Positions 59,402 to 64,000 of a stretch of DNA of 64,000 nt are shown here, one piece after another (within the stretch, counting starts at the first letter, position 1; every line of letters begins with the position of its first letter). This stretch comes from Polyangiaceae bacterium (GTDB lineage: Bacteria > Myxococcota_A > Polyangia > Polyangiales > Polyangiaceae), in contig JBILLK010000006.1 of the NCBI GenBank assembly GCA_044376115.1, positions 160,001-224,000 on the forward strand, in the 5' to 3' direction. A model generated the notes under the pieces. It searched no databases. It was not told where the DNA came from and worked only from the letters and a program-made list of their open reading frames with translations. Position numbers and translations under genes: made by a program.

Positions 59402-60219
59402 TTCGTGATCGTCTTGAGGTCGATCATCTCCTCGACGTTCGGCATTACGACCAGCTCCACGCGCCGGTTGCCCTTGCGACCATCCTCGCTCGCGTTGTCT
59501 GCGACTGGGTCGGTGTCGCCGTAACCAACCGCCGACCAGTTTCCCGGCCTGAGGCCGCCACCGGTTTTGGTGTCCGGATCAGTCAGGTACACGAGCACCT
59601 CGCGTGCGCGCATCGCGGAGAGGCCCCAGTTGTCCTTGAAGACCCCCTTGAACGGTTGCGCGTCGGTGTGGCCGGCCACCTGGTAGGTACGATTCATCAG
59701 CCCGGCGTCGCTGCGAATGACCTCGGCCACCTTGGCGAGGATCTCCTTGCCGCCGCTGCGTAGCGTGTCTCGCCCCGAGTCGAAGAGCACGTCACCCGGC
59801 AGTTGGATCACGATGCGGTTCTTGCGAATCTGAACCTTGAGGCCGAACTTGGTCAGCTCGTCGAGCTTCCTGCGCAAGACCTCGAAGCGCTGCCTGATCG
59901 CCTCGAGCTGCTCCGCGCGCTTCTTGTAGTCGTCGAGGGCGCGTGCCTGCTGCTCGATGTTGGCGTTGAGATTCGAGATGTCGACGCCTGCGTCACGGAG
60001 CTGCTCCTTGAGCTGTTCGATCTGTGCTTTGGCATCCGCGAGCTCTTGCTGCGCGTTCTTATTCGCTGCGGACTCAGCGGCGAGCCGCGCTTTGAGATCC
60101 TCGATCTCACGGACCTTCGCGTCGAACTGCTCTTGGCTTGGCCCACAACCAGCCAGCCCAACGAATGCCAATAAAACGCCGGCAAAGTAGAGCCCGCGCG
60201 TTCGTCGACCAGTCAGCAT
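59398..60219 (-). CDS. OmpA/MotB-family lipoprotein with coiled coil
   Basis: Lipobox LAGC, coiled coil, VLFDSG, GHTD, NWGLSAMRA and NRRVE. Confidence 0.9.
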   Translation of the reverse strand: MLTGRRTRGLYFAGVLLAFVGLAGCGPSQEQFDAKVREIEDLKARLAAESAANKNAQQELADAKAQIEQLKEQLRDAGVDISNLNANIEQQARALDDYKKRAEQLEAIRQRFEVLRRKLDELTKFGLKVQIRKNRIVIQLPGDVLFDSGRDTLRSGGKEILAKVAEVIRSDAGLMNRTYQVAGHTDAQPFKGVFKDNWGLSAMRAREVLVYLTDPDTKTGGGLRPGNWSAVGYGDTDPVADNASEDGRKGNRRVELVVMPNVEEMIDLKTITK

Positions 60220-60434
60220 TCAAACCTCCGTACCGGCACGACCCGGCGGCCGGCAACGTAGTCTACCCGGGCCTATCCGTTCAAGGGTGACGTCAGATTC
60301 GGCGTTCTGGCTTCCATGAACGCTGGTTCTAGTCAATAGGAAAGGGGTGTATTTTGAGCGCTGGCCCCATGTGTCCTGCTGGGTGGCCGTTCATGCCCCG
60401 CAACGCTTGCGGAGCTCAATCGGGGAAAAGCGCC

Positions 60435-60494
60435 TGTGGATAAAATGCGTCCTGAAAAATTTTCCTTGACCGTGCCCATGCGTGGCAATATACG
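60435..60494 (+). promoter_or_regulatory. DnaA box plus putative sigma70 promoter of the histone-like gene
   Basis: TGTGGATAA (reverse complement of TTATCCACA) at 60435-60443; AT-rich GAAAAATTTT; TTGACC-N17-TATACG. Confidence 0.5.
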
Positions 60495-60652
60495 TCGTGC
60501 AACATCTGTTGCTTCTGGAGTTTCATCTCTCAGGTGAGACGCTTGAACAAAGGTTCCGTGCCCGGCGGGTTCGAGTTCGGAATCGAGATTGAGTGGGGCA
60601 GACACGTTCGTGAAAGCCCGGAACTGTCGGAAGCGAACATAGGAGGATCCAG

Positions 60653-61003
60653 ATGGCTGCTAAAAAGACTGCTGCAAAAAAGGCTGCTGTGAAGAAAGTC
60701 ACCAAGACGGCGAAGAAGCCGGCTGCTGGTAAGGCCGCTAAGGTCGCCAAGGCCAAGAAGGCTGCACCGAAGAAGGCTGCTGCCAAGAAGGCTGCACCGA
60801 AGAAGGCTGCTGCCAAGAAGGCTGCACCGAAGAAGGCTGCTGCCAAGAAGGCTGCACCGAAGAAGGCTGCTGCTAAGAAGGCTGCACCGAAGAAGGCTGC
60901 TGCTAAGAAGGCCGCCAAGAAGGCTGCTCCCCGGAAGGCGAAAGCCGCTCCGGCCCCAGCGGCGCCTGCGACCGAGACCACCTCGCACGACGAATCTGAA
61001 TAG
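60653..61003 (+). CDS. Histone H1-like Lys/Ala-rich nucleoid protein
   Basis: AGGAGG RBS; KKAAPKKAAA repeats; acidic tail (ETTSHDESE). Confidence 0.85.
   Translation: MAAKKTAAKKAAVKKVTKTAKKPAAGKAAKVAKAKKAAPKKAAAKKAAPKKAAAKKAAPKKAAAKKAAPKKAAAKKAAPKKAAAKKAAKKAAPRKAKAAPAPAAPATETTSHDESE
60755..60904 (+). repeat. 30-bp coding tandem repeat x5 (AAGAAGGCTGCACCGAAGAAGGCTGCTGCC/T)
   Basis: Read directly from the sequence. Confidence 0.95.
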
Positions 61004-61232
61004 TACGGCCCAGTCGCGGTGAAGCTCGTACTGTGGCTGCTATCACAGGAAGGGCTTGCCGACGCGGCATTGATTCGCTGCGACTGGCCGCACGTAAGCG
61101 TGCATGTCGATTCTCAGCTGAGCTGCGAAAGGAACTCCAAGCTCGGAGTCCCGCATCTCTGACGGGGGCACAAGAAAGTAGCGCACTAAAGAAGTGTGGC
61201 TGCTTTTCGTGCTTTTGTGGCCTCGTGAGGCG

Positions 61233-62816
61233 CTACTCGCCGAGATAGAGCCTGAGCGCTCGAGCGGCTGCCTGCTTGTCGAAGGGGGCGTCCTTGAGCT
61301 CCACCCGCCCACTGATACGGTCGAAGAGCTCGACCAGATACGAGTGGAAGGCCTCCGCTTCTTCGATGGCCATGATGAAGCGTTGCGGGTCGACGAGCTC
61401 CGTGTCGGAGAGCGCCGCCATTGCGTCCATGAACGCGTCGAAGCGCGGGTAGTCCCCGACGCGGAGAAGCGGGTAGCCCATCGCACGGAAGTAGCCGAGG
61501 AACTCGCGCACGAACGCAAAGCTCTGCAGCTTGCCCCAACGATCGATCGTTGGATCGGTGTGACGAGCTTTGCTGGAGAAGGCGCGAACGATCTGGGCGA
61601 ACATCCAGATGTCGCGTCGCAAGCGCTCACTCGACGCGCGGCGCGCGGCGAAGTCGTCGAACACGTGCCCGTCGTCTAGGCCGGACTTGAGCGACTTACC
61701 AAGGAAGAGCACGGCGTTCTGGATCGACGGCCGCAAGTTCTTGGTCACCTCGCGCAACTTGAGTCGCAACTCGGCCTCTGAAGGTCCCGACTCGACGGTC
61801 GGAAGGTCATGCTCGAAGGTTCGCCGCATCTCCAGTCGCAGGTTGGCAGCGACGCCGGTGAGGGCGCCTTTGATCGCCATCAGCCTGTCGCCTTCGGAGC
61901 GCAGTTCGTCGAAGCGGCCGGCGATCTCCTTTGCTGGTACTCGCAAGAGGTCGGCTTGGTAGCCGTCGGCGAGAAGCCCGCCGGCTCGTCGTCGCAAGTA
62001 GCCGGATAACGCGCGGGCGTCGCTGCGCAGCACGGCCAGCGTGAGGAAGGCGCGCCCTCCGATTCGACGATCAGAATGATCCATCGCGATCGCGTCGAGC
62101 AGCTTCAAATACCGCAGCAAGCGGAACAGAGAGAGGAAGGTGAGCGCGACCAGCCGATGCGCTTGATCGCCGTTGACGTTTTGGATCAGCTCCAGCACGT
62201 GGGTGGACGGGATGCGGTCGAACTCGGGCCGAAACTCGAGCGCTGACAGCGGGTTGAAGAACGTGCTTTGCGCGGACTCGCGCATCGCGACCGCGAGCAT
62301 CGAATAGAAAAGTCGAAACGGAACCCGCGGCAGCTTGAGTAAGCCGTTGGTTACCTCAATCAGGTTGGTCAAGCCGTGACGCATGACGACCAGGCTCTCC
62401 TCGGGTAGCTCTTGTCCCGAGAGCGAGGAGCGCAGGAGCCGCGAGCGCGCTCCGTCTTCCGGCAAGACCGTCTCGAGATAGCGATGGAAGACGAAGGCCT
62501 TGTCGCGATCCCCGAGCAGCGTCCGCGATAGCTGCACGATGCGTTGCATGCCGTCGCGGGTCTCGCGCAGATGATCGCGAAAATCCAAAGAGACGAAGGT
62601 CCTGCGGCCGGTGGCCCCCGTGTGATTGCGCGGATTGGCGAAGCAGGCGACGCCTTTGAGCAAAACCTCGAGCTCGAACAGCACCTCGTCTTTGCGGTCC
62701 GCGCTGAGGCCGGCGAACCAGGTGTCGCGGGCGAGTTGTTGCTCACGTCGCAAGCCGCGCGTGTTGCGCAGCAGTTCGGCATAAGCGTTGGGTTGACCTG
62801 TTTGGTTGCTGGGCAT
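61233..62816 (-). CDS. Hypothetical all-alpha cytoplasmic protein
   Basis: 527-aa ORF with typical codon use and no motif I recognise. Confidence 0.8.
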   Translation of the reverse strand: MPSNQTGQPNAYAELLRNTRGLRREQQLARDTWFAGLSADRKDEVLFELEVLLKGVACFANPRNHTGATGRRTFVSLDFRDHLRETRDGMQRIVQLSRTLLGDRDKAFVFHRYLETVLPEDGARSRLLRSSLSGQELPEESLVVMRHGLTNLIEVTNGLLKLPRVPFRLFYSMLAVAMRESAQSTFFNPLSALEFRPEFDRIPSTHVLELIQNVNGDQAHRLVALTFLSLFRLLRYLKLLDAIAMDHSDRRIGGRAFLTLAVLRSDARALSGYLRRRAGGLLADGYQADLLRVPAKEIAGRFDELRSEGDRLMAIKGALTGVAANLRLEMRRTFEHDLPTVESGPSEAELRLKLREVTKNLRPSIQNAVLFLGKSLKSGLDDGHVFDDFAARRASSERLRRDIWMFAQIVRAFSSKARHTDPTIDRWGKLQSFAFVREFLGYFRAMGYPLLRVGDYPRFDAFMDAMAALSDTELVDPQRFIMAIEEAEAFHSYLVELFDRISGRVELKDAPFDKQAAARALRLYLGE

Positions 62817-62887
62817 TGCGTCGATTCAAACGAGAGTTGCTGCTGCGAATGCGGGGGCGCAGGCCGACGTTGGCGAAGAGGTCGGAC

Positions 62888-63487
62888 TCACTTGCGAGCC
62901 TTGAACACGAAGGGATGCCGATAGGTTGTCTCTTTGCCGCTCGGAGAGGCGGGGTAGCTGAGCGACTTTGCTACCTCGACCATGCAGGACTCCGCGGTCT
63001 TGTCGCTCAGGTCGGTCTTGCTCGTATCAAAGGCAGCGCTCACGAAGGAGCCGTCGGGGTTCAACTTGATCGAGAGCATCACGTTGACCTCCTTACCCGC
63101 CGCGTTGGTCTTGGCCCAAGCGTCGAAGCACGCGCGAAACTTTTCACGACTTGCGAGGACTGCGTTTTTGATGCCCTCGAGTCGGTCGCTCGAGCCGGCA
63201 TCTGCGGCTGGCTGCGCATTGTTCATGACCGTTCCTGCGTCGGGCGGTTCATTGATGCTCTCGGCGCTACCCACCGCCGCTGCGGTCTCGGCCGGCTGCG
63301 GGGCAAGCGCGGAAGGGGAGGCCGTGGCCGAGTCGGGCGCAGGGGCCGCGCTGGGGGTGCCGCTCGTTGGGTGCGAGCCATGCGCGTTCTGGTCTGCGCC
63401 GGTGCTCGTGGAACAAGCCAACGCGAGAAACGTCGCCGTCGCCATGGTGGAGATGGCGAGGCCGGCGAGGGGTGCTCGATTTTGCAT
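62888..63487 (-). CDS. Lipoprotein with AgmX/PglI (TonB-C-like) C-terminal domain
   Basis: Lipobox LALAC; FRACFD...ESCMVEVAKSLSYP...HPFVF. Confidence 0.75.
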   Translation of the reverse strand: MQNRAPLAGLAISTMATATFLALACSTSTGADQNAHGSHPTSGTPSAAPAPDSATASPSALAPQPAETAAAVGSAESINEPPDAGTVMNNAQPAADAGSSDRLEGIKNAVLASREKFRACFDAWAKTNAAGKEVNVMLSIKLNPDGSFVSAAFDTSKTDLSDKTAESCMVEVAKSLSYPASPSGKETTYRHPFVFKARK

Positions 63488-63570
63488 TGGCCGGCATGCT
63501 ATCAAGCCGCCCCCAGCCTGACGGGGGCTTTTCGCTAGGGGAGGCCCGCTTGCGGTGATAACGCGTCCCT

Positions 63571-64000
63571 ATGGTTCGAAACCTGCTGGTGGCTGCGGTG
63601 GCCTCGGCTGCGCTTGCCTGCAGCTCGCAGGAGGTGAAGCTTTGCGGTGAAATCCCCACTGACGGCTGTCCGTTGGGTCGTGGTGGTACCTGTGAAGACC
63701 CATTCTGCGCTGCGCTCTACGATTGCGTCGACGGGGCTTGGACGCTCGCCGAGACCTGTGAGGGCTTCGGCGGCCAAGCCGCAGGCGGGCAGCCTGGCAC
63801 GGGAGGCGGGCAAGGCGGCAGTTGCGACCTGATGTTCGACCACAGCGGTGAGGTCAGCGGCTGTACACCGGACCTACAGTCGCCGGATTGCCCGGCGGAG
63901 GCCGCCGAGGGGCTTTGCGAGCCTTGTCTCACCGGCTGTATCGACTTCTTCATGTGCACCGAGACCGGCTGGGAGAGCGTCGCGTATTGCGACGAAGACG
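63571..64000 (+). CDS. Cys-rich lipoprotein, runs off the end of the window
   Basis: MVRNLLVAAVASAALACSSQEVKLCGEIPTDGCPLGRGGTCEDPFC...; the frame is open to the window end. Confidence 0.7.
   Translation, partial: MVRNLLVAAVASAALACSSQEVKLCGEIPTDGCPLGRGGTCEDPFCAALYDCVDGAWTLAETCEGFGGQAAGGQPGTGGGQGGSCDLMFDHSGEVSGCTPDLQSPDCPAEAAEGLCEPCLTGCIDFFMCTETGWESVAYCDED

Noticed and set aside
60510..60540. CTGGAG...CTCTCAGG resembling a glycine riboswitch
   Set aside because: Far too short, lacks the other conserved aptamer elements, and the downstream gene is unrelated.
60560..60590. GGGTTCGAGT as a tRNA T-loop
   Set aside because: The flanks do not form a T-stem and no cloverleaf can be built.
60220..60650. 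Replication origin
   Set aside because: Only one clear DnaA box, with no box cluster or DUE repeats, and no dnaA, dnaN or gidA nearby.
60755..60904. 30-bp repeats as a CRISPR array
   Set aside because: The repeats are contiguous with no spacers, in frame within a Lys/Ala-rich CDS, and no cas genes are present.

Overview
GC-rich bacterial chromosome segment, most likely from a myxobacterium (Myxococcota, Polyangiales-like). That assignment is inferred from the AgmX/GltJ-like, Tgl-like and CdnL proteins and the Cys/Gly-rich lipoproteins. Most of the window is core genome: a division/cell-wall (dcw) cluster (mraZ-rsmH-ftsL-ftsI-murE-mraY-ftsW-murG-murC-ftsQ-ftsA-ftsZ) that lacks murF, murD, murB and ddl, followed by dnaJ, tsaB-crp-tgl-rodZ-like-recO, hemH, an NtrC-type regulator, rnc-trmL-trpS, an MscS plus two cation/proton antiporters, cdnL, ppx, an OmpA/MotB protein and a histone-H1-like gene. 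A decayed accessory patch at about 6.5-9.8 kb holds a WYL pseudogene, the right end of an IS3 element and a hybrid histidine kinase that has lost its N-terminus. The best leads for something new are: a protein that seems to fuse a phage-baseplate-chaperone-like zinc domain to a zincin protease, a kinase pair (APH-like plus CysC-like) with no sulfur-assimilation context, an ERG25-like sterol oxidase, a CpfC-like ferrochelatase with His at the proximal site, and a DnaA box upstream of the histone-like gene. I saw no rRNA, tRNA or CRISPR array. All family calls are by-eye motif recognition; no database searches were run.
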